A DNA stretch of 64,000 nucleotides from positions 9,610,001-9,674,000 of the forward strand of contig OY986946.1 in NCBI GenBank assembly GCA_963920595.1. Reading direction: 5' to 3'. The notes beneath the pieces are model-generated. The model did no database searches and was not told the DNA's origin. It was given only the letters and a program-made list of their open reading frames with translations. Below, piece by piece: positions 1 through 12,481 of the stretch. Both the position numbers and the translations under genes were made by a program. Origin of the DNA: Eimeria praecox (Eukaryota). How positions within the stretch are numbered: position 1 is the first letter of the stretch; every line of letters starts with the position of its first letter.

Positions 1-3000
1 ATTTCGGTGGGGCGTTAGTGGTCTTATGCATCAGACGGTTTGTGACAGCAGGCGACGTTTGTCTGTAAATGTTTGGGGTATGTGCTCAGCCAAAGGAAGT
101 GCGTTCATCTGCAAGGGAGGCGTGATGAGATTGGATTGGATGGGTGTACCAGAGCTTTAGTTGGATGATGCGTTAGTGGGTTTGGGCAGCGGATGGTTTG
201 TCCCAGCAGGCGACGTTTGCTTGCGTACGTTTGAGGTATTCGATCGGGTACAGCCGGTGTGTTTGGCTGCCTGCAAGGAATACGAAATTGTTAGGTGCAG
301 TGTGTGTTTCGTTGCTGTTTTGTTTTTTTGTCGATGGGATGGGTGTTTTTGGTGTGTAGCTTCTGGCTGTTTTTTGGGTGCATGGGCTGCATGATATGTA
401 TTGTACTAATGCGTCGATGGTGCATCGCGTGTCGGAGCGTGTGCCGTGAGCTTGGCATTTGTAGATTCTTTATTGGCATAGATGGTTGGAGCTCAGCTCA
501 TTGATCGGTGGTGGGTGTGTGGAGGTGTAGGGTGGTCATTTTGGTGCATGGGTTTGTGGATGGCGCGTTGTGCGTTTGACGTTACAGGAAGTATGTTGGC
601 GGCCTTTGTGCGGTTTTGGTGGCCATTGGGGTGGTGGCTTTGGATGGTTAGTGCCGGATTGTATTGCATTCGCCATTCCATGAAGCAGCGGTTAGCATTA
701 TGTGTGGATGGATTGTGGGCTGGAGGGCGAGCGTTGTTGGTTGCGGGAGGGTAGCTTGGGTGGGTTGGTTAGTGGCAGTTGTGGAGGCAGCGCATTTATT
801 GGTTGTGTGGGTGGGGACGTATTGGGGGCTCGTTTTGTTGCATGGGTTTGTGAATGGTGCGTTGTGCGTGTGATGGCACAGGCAGCATGCCGGGAGCTTT
901 ATTGTGGCATTGTTGGCAGTGGATGGGATGTGTTTGGAATGTTGTATGTTATGATGAGGGTGGAGGTTGCATGCATGGGTGTATAGGCGAGCGGCATTTC
1001 GGTGGGGCGTTAGTGGTCTTATGCATCAGACGGTTTGTGACAGCAGGCGACGTTTGTCTGTAAATGTTTGGGGTATGTGCTCAGCCAAAGGAAGTGCGTT
1101 CATCTGCAAGGGAGGCGTGATGAGATTGGATTGGATGGGTGTACCAGAGCTTTAGTTGGATGATGCGTTAGTGGGTTTGGGCAGCGGATGGTTTGTCCCA
1201 GCAGGCGACGTTTGCTTGCGTACGTTTGAGGTATTCGATCGGGTACAGCCAGTGTGTTTGGCTGCCTGCAAGGAATACGAAATTGTTAGGTGCAGTGTGT
1301 GTTTCGTTGCTGTTTTGTTTTTTTGTCGATGGGATGGGTGTTTTTGGTGTGTAGCTTCTGGCTGTTTTTTGGGTGCATGGGCTGCATGATATGTATTGTA
1401 CTAATGCGTCGATGGTGCATCGCGTGTCGGAGCGTGTGCCGTGAGCTTGGCATTTGTAGATTCTTTATTGGCATAGATGGTTGGAGCTCAGCTCATTGAT
1501 CGGTGGTGGGTGTGTGGAGGTGTAGGGTGGTCATTTTGGTGCATGGGTTTGTGGATGGCGCGTTGTGCGTTTGACGTTACAGGAAGTATGTTGGCGGCCT
1601 TTGTGCGGTTTTGGTGGCCATTGGGGTGGTGGCTTTGGATGGTTAGTGCCGGATTGTATTGCATTCGCCATTCCATGAAGCAGCGGTTAGCATTATGTGT
1701 GGATGGATTGTGGGCTGGAGGGCGAGCGTTGTTGGTTGCGGGAGGGTAGCTTGGGTGGGTTGGTTAGTGGCAGTTGTGGAGGCAGCGCATTTATTGGTTG
1801 TGTGGGTGGGGACGTATTGGGGGCTCGTTTTGTTGCATGGGTTTGTGAATGGTGCGTTGTGCGTGTGATGGCACAGGCAGCATGCCGGGAGCTTTATTGT
1901 GGCATTGTTGGCAGTGGATGGGATGTGTTTGGAATGTTGTATGTTATGATGAGGGTGGAGGTTGCATGCATGGGTGTATAGGCGAGCGGCATTTCGGTGG
2001 GGCGTTAGTGGTCTTATGCATCAGACGGTTTGTGACAGCAGGCGACGTTTGTCTGTAAATGTTTGGGGTATGTGCTCAGCCAAAGGAAGTGCGTTCATCT
2101 GCAAGGGAGGCGTGATGAGATTGGATTGGATGGGTGTACCAGAGCTTTAGTTGGATGATGCGTTAGTGGGTTTGGGCAGCGGATGGTTTGTCCCAGCAGG
2201 CGACGTTTGCTTGCGTACGTTTGAGGTATTCGATCGGGTACAGCCAGTGTGTTTGGCTGCCTGCAAGGAATACGAAATTGTTAGGTGCAGTGTGTGTTTC
2301 GTTGCTGTTTTGTTTTTTTGTCGATGGGATGGGTGTTTTTGGTGTGTAGCTTCTGGCTGTGTTTTGGGTGCATGGGCTGCATGATATGTATTGTACTAAT
2401 GCGTCGATGGTGCATCGCGTGTCGGAGCGTGTGCCGTGAGCTTGGCATTTGTAGATTCTTTATTGGCATAGATGGTTGGAGCTCAGCTCATTGATCGGTG
2501 GTGGGCGTGTGGAGGCGTAGGGTGGTCATTTTGGTGCATGGGTTTGTGGATGGCGCGTTGTGCGTTTGACGTTACAGGAAGTATGTTGGCGGCCTTTGTG
2601 CGGTTTTGTTGGCCATTGGGGTGGTGGCTTTGGATGGTTAGTGCCGGATTGTATTGCATTCGCCATTCCATGAAGCAGCGGTTAGCATTATGTGTGGATG
2701 GATTGTGGGCTGGAGGGCGAGCGTTGTTGGTTGCGGGAGGGTAGCTTGGGTGGGTTGGTTAGTGGCAGTTGTGGAGGCAGCGCATTTATTGGTTGTGTGT
2801 GTGGGGACGTATTGGGGGCTCGTTTTGTTGCATGGGTTTGTGAATGGTGCGTTGTGCGTGTGATGGCACAGGCAGCATGCCGGGAGCTTTATTGTGGCAT
2901 TGTTGGCAGTGGATGGGATGTGTTTGGAATGTTGTATGTTATGATGAGGGTGGAGGTTGCATGCATGGGTGTATAGGCGAGCGGCATTTCGGTGGGGCGT

Positions 3001-6000
3001 TAGTGGTCTTATGCATCAGACGGTTTGTGACAGCAGGCGACGTTTGTCTGTAAATGTTTGGGGTATGTGCTCAGCCAAAGGAAGTGCGTTCATCTGCAAG
3101 GGAGGCGTGATGAGATTGGATTGGATGGGTGTACCAGAGCTTTAGTTGGATGATGCGTTAGTGGGTTTGGGCAGCGGATGGTTTGTCCCAGCAGGCGACG
3201 TTTGCTTGCGTACGTTTGAGGTATTCGATCGGGTACAGCCAGTGTGTTTGGCTGCCTGCAAGGAATACGAAATTGTTAGGTGCAGTGTGTGTTTCGTTGC
3301 TGTTTTGTTTTTTTGTCGATGGGATGGGTGTTTTTGGTGTGTAGCTTCTGGCTGTTTTTTGGGTGCATGGGCTGCATGATATGTATTGTACTAATGCGTC
3401 GATGGTGCATCGCGTGTCGTAGCGTGTGCCGTGAGCTTGGCATTTGTAGATTCTTTATTGGCATAGATGGTTGGAGCTCAGCTCATTGATCGGTGGTGGG
3501 CGTGTGGAGGCGTAGGGTGGTCATTTTGGTGCATGGGTTTGTGGATGGCGCGTTGTGCGTTTGACGTTACAGGAAGTATGTTGGCGGCCTTTGTGCGGTT
3601 TTGTTGGCCATTGGGGTGGTGGCTTTGGATGGTTAGTGCCGGATTGTATTGCATTCGCCATTCCATGAAGCAGCGGTTAGCATTATGTGTGGATGGATTG
3701 TGGGCTGGAGGGCGAGCGTTGTTGGTTGCGGGAGGGTAGCTTGGGTGGGTTGGTTAGTGGCAGTTGTGGAGGCAGCGCATTTATTGGTTGTGTGTGTGGG
3801 GACGTATTGGGGGCTCGTTTTGTTGCATGGGTTTGTGAATGGTGCGTTGTGCGTGTGATGGCACAGGCAGCATGCCGGGAGCTTTATTGTGGCATTGTTG
3901 GCAGTGGATGGGATGTGTTTGGAATGTTGTATGTTATGATGAGGGTGGAGGTTGCATGCATGGGTGTATAGGCGAGCGGCATTTCGGTGGGGCGTTAGTG
4001 GTCTTATGCATCAGACGGTTTGTGACAGCAGGCGACGTTTGTCTGTAAATGTTTGGGGTATGTGCTCAGCCAAAGGAAGTGCGTTCATCTGCAAGGGAGG
4101 CGTGATGAGATTGGATTGGATGGGTGTACCAGAGCTTTAGTTGGATGATGCGTTAGTGGGTTTGGGCAGCGGATGGTTTGTCCCAGCAGGCGACGTTTGC
4201 TTGCGTACGTTTGAGGTATTCGATCGGGTACAGCCAGTGTGTTTGGCTGCCTGCAAGGAATACGAAATTGTTAGGTGCAGTGTGTGTTTCGTTGCTGTTT
4301 TGTTTTTTTGTCGATGGGATGGGTGTTTTTGGTGTGTAGCTTCTGGCTGTTTTTTGGGTGCATGGGCTGCATGATATGTATTGTACTAATGCGTCGATGG
4401 TGCATCGCGTGTCGGAGCGTGTGCCGTGAGCTTGGCATTTGTAGATTCTTTATTGGCATAGATGGTTGGAGCTCAGCTCATTGATCGGTGGTGGGTGTGT
4501 GGAGGTGTAGGGTGGTCATTTTGGTGCATGGGTTTGTGGATGGCGCGTTGTGCGTTTGACGTTACAGGAAGTATGTTGGCGGCCTTTGTGCGGTTTTGGT
4601 GGCCATTGGGGTGGTGGCTTTGGATGGTTAGTGCCGGATTGTATTGCATTCGCCATTCCATGAAGCAGCGGTTAGCATTATGTGTGGATGGATTGTGGGC
4701 TGGAGGGCGAGCGTTGTTGGTTGCGGGAGGGTAGCTTGGGTGGGTTGGTTAGTGGCAGTTCTGGAGGCAGCGCGTTTATTGGTTGTGTGTGTGGGGACGT
4801 ATTGGGGGCTCGTTTTGTTGCATGGGTTTGTGAATGGTGCGTTGTGCGTGTGATGGCACAGGCAGCATGCCGGGAGCTTTATTGTGGCATTGTTGGCAGT
4901 GGATGGGATGTGTTTGGAATGTTGTATGTTATGATGAGGGTGGAGGTTGCATGCATGGGTGTATAGGCGAGCGGCATTTCGGTGGGGCGTTAGTGGTCTT
5001 ATGCATCAGACGGTTTGTGACAGCAGGCGACGTTTGTCTGTAAATGTTTGGGGTATGTGCTCAGCCAAAGGAAGTGCGTTCATCTGCAAGGGAGGCGTGA
5101 TGAGATTGGATTGGATGGGTGTACCAGAGCTTTAGTTGGATGATGCGTTAGTGGGTTTGGGCAGCGGATGGTTTGTCCCAGCAGGCGACGTTTGCTTGCG
5201 TACGTTTGAGGTATTCGATCGGGTACAGCCAGTGTGTTTGGCTGCCTGCAAGGAATACGAAATTGTTAGGTGCAGTGTGTGTTTCGTTGCTGTTTTGTTT
5301 TTTTGTCGATGGGATGGGTGTTTTTGGTGTGTAGCTTCTGGCTGTTTTTTGGGTGCATGGGCTGCATGATATGTATTGTACTAATGCGTCGATGGTGCAT
5401 CGCGTGTCGGAGCGTGTGCCGTGAGCTTGGCATTTGTAGATTCTTTATTGGCATAGATGGTTGGAGCTCAGCTCATTGATCGGTGGTGGGTGTGTGGAGG
5501 TGTAGGGTGGTCATTTTGGTGCATGGGTTTGTGGATGGCGCGTTGTGCGTTTGACGTTACAGGAAGTATGTTGGCGGCCTTTGTGCGGTTTTGGTGGCCA
5601 TTGGGGTGGTGGCTTTGGATGGTTAGTGCCGGATTGTATTGCATTCGCCATTCCATGAAGCAGCGGTTAGCATTATGTGTGGATGGATTGTGGGCTGGAG
5701 GGCGAGCGTTGTTGGTTGCGGGAGGGTAGCTTGGGTGGGTTGGTTAGTGGCAGTTGTGGAGGCAGCGCATTTATTGGTTGTGTGGGTGGGGACGTATTGG
5801 GGGCTCGTTTTGTTGCATGGGTTTGTGAATGGTGCGTTGTGCGTGTGATGGCACAGGCAGCATGCCGGGAGCTTTATTGTGGCATTGTTGGCAGTGGATG
5901 GGATGTGTTTGGAATGTTGTATGTTATGATGAGGGTGGAGGTTGCATGCATGGGTGTATAGGCGAGCGGCATTTCGGTGGGGCGTTAGTGGTCTTATGCA

Positions 6001-9000
6001 TCAGACGGTTTGTGACAGCAGGCGACGTTTGTCTGTAAATGTTTGGGGTATGTGCTCAGCCAAAGGAAGTGCGTTCATCTGCAAGGGAGGCGTGATGAGA
6101 TTGGATTGGATGGGTGTACCAGAGCTTTAGTTGGATGATGCGTTAGTGGGTTTGGGCAGCGGATGGTTTGTCCCAGCAGGCGACGTTTGCTTGCGTACGT
6201 TTGAGGTATTCGATCGGGTACAGCCAGTGTGTTTGGCTGCCTGCAAGGAATACGAAATTGTTAGGTGCAGTGTGTGTTTCGTTGCTGTTTTGTTTTTTTG
6301 TCGATGGGATGGGTGTTTTTGGTGTGTAGCTTCTGGCTGTTTTTTGGGTGCATGGGCTGCATGATATGTATTGTACTAATGCGTCGATGGTGCATCGCGT
6401 GTCGGAGCGTGTGCCGTGAGCTTGGCATTTGTAGATTCTTTATTGGCATAGATGGTTGGAGCTCAGCTCATTGATCGGTGGTGGGCGTGTGGAGGCGTAG
6501 GGTGGTCATTTTGGTGCATGGGTTTGTGGATGGCGCGTTGTGCGTTTGACGTTACAGGAAGTATGTTGGCGGCCTTTGTGCGGTTTTGTTGGCCATTGGG
6601 GTGGTGGCTTTGGATGGTTAGTGCCGGATTGTATTGCATTCGCCATTCCATGAAGCAGCGGTTAGCATTATGTGTGGATGGATTGTGGGCTGGAGGGCGA
6701 GCGTTGTTGGTTGCGGGAGGGTAGCTTGGGTGGGTTGGTTAGTGGCAGTTGTGGAGGCAGCGCATTTATTGGTTGTGTGTGTGGGGACGTATTGGGGGCT
6801 CGTTTTGTTGCATGGGTTTGTGAATGGTGCGTTGTGCGTGTGATGGCACAGGCAGCATGCCGGGAGCTTTATTGTGGCATTGTTGGCAGTGGATGGGATG
6901 TGTTTGGAATGTTGTATGTTATGATGAGGGTGGAGGTTGCATGCATGGGTGTATAGGCGAGCGGCATTTCGGTGGGGCGTTAGTGGTCTTATGCATCAGA
7001 CGGTTTGTGACAGCAGGCGACGTTTGTCTGTAAATGTTTGGGGTATGTGCTCAGCCAAAGGAAGTGCGTTCATCTGCAAGGGAGGCGTGATGAGATTGGA
7101 TTGGATGGGTGTACCAGAGCTTTAGTTGGATGATGCGTTAGTGGGTTTGGGCAGCGGATGGTTTGTCCCAGCAGGCGACGTTTGCTTGCGTACGTTTGAG
7201 GTATTCGATCGGGTACAGCCAGTGTGTTTGGCTGCCTGCAAGGAATACGAAATTGTTAGGTGCAGTGTGTGTTTCGTTGCTGTTTTGTTTTTTTGTCGAT
7301 GGGATGGGTGTTTTTGGTGTGTAGCTTCTGGCTGTTTTTTGGGTGCATGGGCTGCATGATATGTATTGTACTAATGCGTCGATGGTGCATCGCGTGTCGG
7401 AGCGTGTGCCGTGAGCTTGGCATTTGTAGATTCTTTATTGGCATAGATGGTTGGAGCTCAGCTCATTGATCGGTGGTGGGTGTGTGGAGGTGTAGGGTGG
7501 TCATTTTGGTGCATGGGTTTGTGGATGGCGCGTTGTGCGTTTGACGTTACAGGAAGTATGTTGGCGGCCTTTGTGCGGTTTTGGTGGCCATTGGGGTGGT
7601 GGCTTTGGATGGTTAGTGCCGGATTGTATTGCATTCGCCATTCCATGAAGCAGCGGTTAGCATTATGTGTGGATGGATTGTGGGCTGGAGGGCGAGCGTT
7701 GTTGGTTGCGGGAGGGTAGCTTGGGTGGGTTGGTTAGTGGCAGTTGTGGAGGCAGCGCATTTATTGGTTGTGTGGGTGGGGACGTATTGGGGGCTCGTTT
7801 TGTTGCATGGGTTTGTGAATGGTGCGTTGTGCGTGTGATGGCACAGGCAGCATGCCGGGAGCTTTATTGTGGCATTGTTGGCAGTGGATGGGATGTGTTT
7901 GGAATGTTGTATGTTATGATGAGGGTGGAGGTTGCATGCATGGGTGTATAGGCGAGCGGCATTTCGGTGGGGCGTTAGTGGTCTTATGCATCAGACGGTT
8001 TGTGACAGCAGGCGACGTTTGTCTGTAAATGTTTGGGGTATGTGCTCAGCCAAAGGAAGTGCGTTCATCTGCAAGGGAGGCGTGATGAGATTGGATTGGA
8101 TGGGTGTACCAGAGCTTTAGTTGGATGATGCGTTAGTGGGTTTGGGCAGCGGATGGTTTGTCCCAGCAGGCGACGTTTGCTTGCGTACGTTTGAGGTATT
8201 CGATCGGGTACAGCCAGTGTGTTTGGCTGCCTGCAAGGAATACGAAATTGTTAGGTGCAGTGTGTGTTTCGTTGCTGTTTTGTTTTTTTGTCGATGGGAT
8301 GGGTGTTTTTGGTGTGTAGCTTCTGGCTGTTTTTTGGGTGCATGGGCTGCATGATATGTATTGTACTAATGCGTCGATGGTGCATCGCGTGTCGGAGCGT
8401 GTGCCGTGAGCTTGGCATTTGTAGATTCTTTATTGGCATAGATGGTTGGAGCTCAGCTCATTGATCGGTGGTGGGCGTGTGGAGGCGTAGGGTGGTCATT
8501 TTGGTGCATGGGTTTGTGGATGGCGCGTTGTGCGTTTGACGTTACAGGAAGTATGTTGGCGGCCTTTGTGCGGTTTTGTTGGCCATTGGGGTGGTGGCTT
8601 TGGATGGTTAGTGCCGGATTGTATTGCATTCGCCAGTCCATGAAGCAGCGGTTAGCATTATGTGTGGATGGATTGTGGGCTGGAGGGCGAGCGTTGTTGG
8701 TTGCGGGAGGGTAGCTTGGGTGGGTTGGTTAGTGGCAGTTGTGGAGGCAGCGCATTTATTGGTTGTGTGTGTGGGGACGTATTGGGGGCTCGTTTTGTTG
8801 CATGGGTTTGTGAATGGTGCGTTGTGCGTGTGATGGCACAGGCAGCATGCCGGGAGCTTTATTGTGGCATTGTTGGCAGTGGATGGGATGTGTTTGGAAT
8901 GTTGTATGTTATGATGAGGGTGGAGGTTGCATGCATGGGTGTATAGGCGAGCGGCATTTCGGTGGGGCGTTAGTGGTCTTATGCATCAGACGGTTTGTGA

Positions 9001-12000
9001 CAGCAGGCGACGTTTGTCTGTAAATGTTTGGGGTATGTGCTCAGCCAAAGGAAGTGCGTTCATCTGCAAGGGAGGCGTGATGAGATTGGATTGGATGGGT
9101 GTACCAGAGCTTTAGTTGGATGATGCGTTAGTGGGTTTGGGCAGCGGATGGTTTGTCCCAGCAGGCGACGTTTGCTTGCGTACGTTTGAGGTATTCGATC
9201 GGGTACAGCCAGTGTGTTTGGCTGCCTGCAAGGAATACGAAATTGTTAGGTGCAGTGTGTGTTTCGTTGCTGTTTTGTTTTTTTGTCGATGGGATGGGTG
9301 TTTTTGGTGTGTAGCTTCTGGCTGTTTTTTGGGTGCATGGGCTGCATGATATGTATTGTACTAATGCGTCGATGGTGCATCGCGTGTCGGAGCGTGTGCC
9401 GTGAGCTTGGCATTTGTAGATTCTTTATTGGCATAGATGGTTGGAGCTCAGCTCATTGATCGGTGGTGGGTGTGTGGAGGTGTAGGGTGGTCATTTTGGT
9501 GCATGGGTTTGTGGATGGCGCGTTGTGCGTTTGACGTTACAGGAAGTATGTTGGCGGCCTTTGTGCGGTTTTGGTGGCCATTGGGGTGGTGGCTTTGGAT
9601 GGTTAGTGCCGGATTGTATTGCATTCGCCATTCCATGAAGCAGCGGTTAGCATTATGTGTGGATGGATTGTGGGCTGGAGGGCGAGCGTTGTTGGTTGCG
9701 GGAGGGTAGCTTGGGTGGGTTGGTTAGTGGCAGTTCTGGAGGCAGCGCGTTTATTGGTTGTGTGTGTGGGGACGTATTGGGGGCTCGTTTTGTTGCATGG
9801 GTTTGTGAATGGTGCGTTGTGCGTGTGATGGCACAGGCAGCATGCCGGGAGCTTTATTGTGGCATTGTTGGCAGTGGATGGGATGTGTTTGGAACGTTGT
9901 ATGTTATAATGAGGGTGGAGGTTGCATGCATGGGTGTATAGGCGAGCGGCATTTCGGTGGGGCGTTAGTGGTCTTATGCATCAGACGGTTTGTGACAGCA
10001 GGCGACGTTTGTCTGTAAATGTTTGGGGTATGTGCTCAGCCAAAGGAAGTGCGTTCATCTGCAAGGGAGGCGTGATGAGATTGGATTGGATGGGTGTACC
10101 AGAGCTTTAGTTGGATGATGCGTTAGTGGGTTTGGGCAGCGGATGGTTTGTCCCAGCAGGCGACGTTTGCTTGCGTACGTTTGAGGTATTCGATCGGGTA
10201 CAGCCAGTGTGTTTGGCTGCCTGCAAGGAATACGAAATTGTTAGGTGCAGTGTGTGTTTCGTTGCTGTTTTGTTTTTTTGTCGATGGGATGGGTGTTTTT
10301 GGTGTGTAGCTTCTGGCTGTTTTTTGGGTGCATGGGCTGCATGATATGTATTGTACTAATGCGTCGATGGTGCATCGCGTGTCGGAGCGTGTGCCGTGAG
10401 CTTGGCATTTGTAGATTCTTTATTGGCATAGATGGTTGGAGCTCCGCTCATTGATCGGTGGTGGGTGTGTGGAGGTGTAGGGTGGTCATTTTGGTGCATG
10501 GGTTTGTGGATGGCGCGTTGTGCGTTTGACGTTACAGGAAGTATGTTGGCGGCCTTTGTGCGGTTTTGGCGGCCATTGGGGTGGTGGCTTTGGATGGTTA
10601 GTGCCGGATTGTATTGCATTCGCCATTCCATGAAGCAGCGGTTAGCATTATGTGTGGATGGATTGTGGGCTGGAGGGCGAGCGTTGTTGGTTGCGGGAGG
10701 GTAGCTTGGGTGGGTTGGTTAGTGGCAGTTCTGGAGGCAGCGCGTTTATTGGTTGTGTGTGTGGGGACGTATTGGGGGCTCGTTTTGTTGCATGGGTTTG
10801 TGAATGGTGCGTTGTGCGTGTGATGGCACAGGCAGCATGCCGGGAGCTTTATTGTGGCATTGTTGGCAGTGGATGGGATGTGTTTGGAACGTTGTATGTT
10901 ATAATGAGGGTGGAGGTTGCATGCATGGGTGTATAGGCGAGCGGCATTTCGGTGGGGCGTTAGTGGTCTTATGCATCAGACGGTTTGTGACAGCAGGCGA
11001 CGTTTGTCTGTAAATGTTTGGGGTATGTGCTCAGCCAAAGGAAGTGCGTTCATCTGCAAGGGAGGCGTGATGAGATTGGATTGGATGGGTGTACCAGAGC
11101 TTTAGTTGGATGATGCGTTAGTGGGTTTGGGCAGCGGATGGTTTGTCCCAGCAGGCGACGTTTGCTTGCGTACGTTTGAGGTATTCGATCGGGTACAGCC
11201 AGTGTGTTTGGCTGCCTGCAAGGAATACGAAATTGTTAGGTGCAGTGTGTGTTTCGTTGCTGTTTTGTTTTTTTGTCGATGGGATGGGTGTTTTTGGTGT
11301 GTAGCTTCTGGCTGTTTTTTGGGTGCATGGGCTGCATGATATGTATTGTACTAATGCGTCGATGGTGCATCGCGTGTCGGAGCGTGTGCCGTGAGCTTGG
11401 CATTTGTAGATTCTTTATTGGCATAGATGGTTGGAGCTCCGCTCATTGATCGGTGGTGGGTGTGTGGAGGTGTAGGGTGGTCATTTTGGTGCATGGGTTT
11501 GTGGATGGCGCGTTGTGCGTTTGACGTTACAGGAAGTATGTTGGCGGCCTTTGTGCGGTTTTGTTGGCCATTGGGGTGGTGGCTTTGGATGGTTAGTGCC
11601 GGATTGTATTGCATTCGCCATTCCATGAAGCAGCGGTTAGCATTATGTGTGGATGGATTGTGGGCTGGAGGGCGAGCGTTGTTGGTTGCGGGAGGGTAGC
11701 TTGGGTGGGTTGGTTAGTGGCAGTTGTGGAGGCAGCGCATTTATTGGTTGTGTGGGTGGGGACGTATTGGGGGCTCGTTTTGTTGCATGGGTTTGTGAAT
11801 GGTGCGTTGTGCGTGTGATGGCACAGGCAGCATGCCGGGAGCTTTATTGTGGCATTGTTGGCAGTGGATGGGATGTGTTTGGAATGTTGTATGTTATGAT
11901 GAGGGTGGAGGTTGCATGCATGGGTGTATAGGCGAGCGGCATTTCGGTGGGGCGTTAGTGGTCTTATGCATCAGACGGTTTGTGACAGCAGGCGACGTTT

Positions 12001-12481
12001 GTCTGTAAATGTTTGGGGTATGTGCTCAGCCAAAGGAAGTGCGTTCATCTGCAAGGGAGGCGTGATGAGATTGGATTGGATGGGTGTACCAGAGCTTTAG
12101 TTGGATGATGCGTTAGTGGGTTTGGGCAGCGGATGGTTTGTCCCAGCAGGCGACGTTTGCTTGCGTACGTTTGAGGTATTCGATCGGGTACAGCCAGTGT
12201 GTTTGGCTGCCTGCAAGGAATACGAAATTGTTTGGTGCAGTATGTGTTTCGTTGCTGTTTTGTTTTTTTGTCGATGGGATGGGTGTTGTTGGTGTGTGGC
12301 TTCTGGCTGTTTTTTGGGTGCATGGGCTGCATGATATGTATTGTACTAATGCGTGGATGGTGCATCGCGTGTCGTAGCGTGTGCCGTGAGCTTGGCATTT
12401 GTAGATTCTTTATTGGCATAGATGGTTGGAGCTCAGCTCATTGATCGGTGGTGGGTGTGTGGAGGTGTAGGGTGGTCATTT
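1..12481. repeat. Tandem array of a 995-bp unit (macrosatellite), ~12.5 copies, open at the left window edge
   Basis: ATTTCGGTGGGGCGTTAGTG recurs at 1, 996, 1991 ... 11941, and every ORF in the track repeats at +995. Copies differ by a few substitutions and no indels. Homology ends at GGTGGTCATTT|GAATTTTAG (~12481). Confidence 0.99.
745..764 (+). other. Canonical G-quadruplex motif, one per 995-bp unit
   Basis: GGGAGGGTAGCTTGGGTGGG matches (G3N1-7)3G3 with loops of 1, 6 and 1 nt and is present in all 12 complete units. Folding is predicted only. Confidence 0.6.

Noticed and set aside
1..995. 5S rDNA, spliced-leader or tRNA tandem unit
   Set aside because: Only short GGTTAGT matches were seen; I found no 5S internal control region context, tRNA cloverleaf or T-loop. 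An Infernal/Rfam scan would be decisive.
161..12444. Repeating 60-124 aa ORFs in the 995-bp array
   Set aside because: They overlap in several frames and are rich in Cys/Trp/Val/Gly (or His/Pro/Thr on the minus strand), as expected from G/T skew; no recognisable domain.
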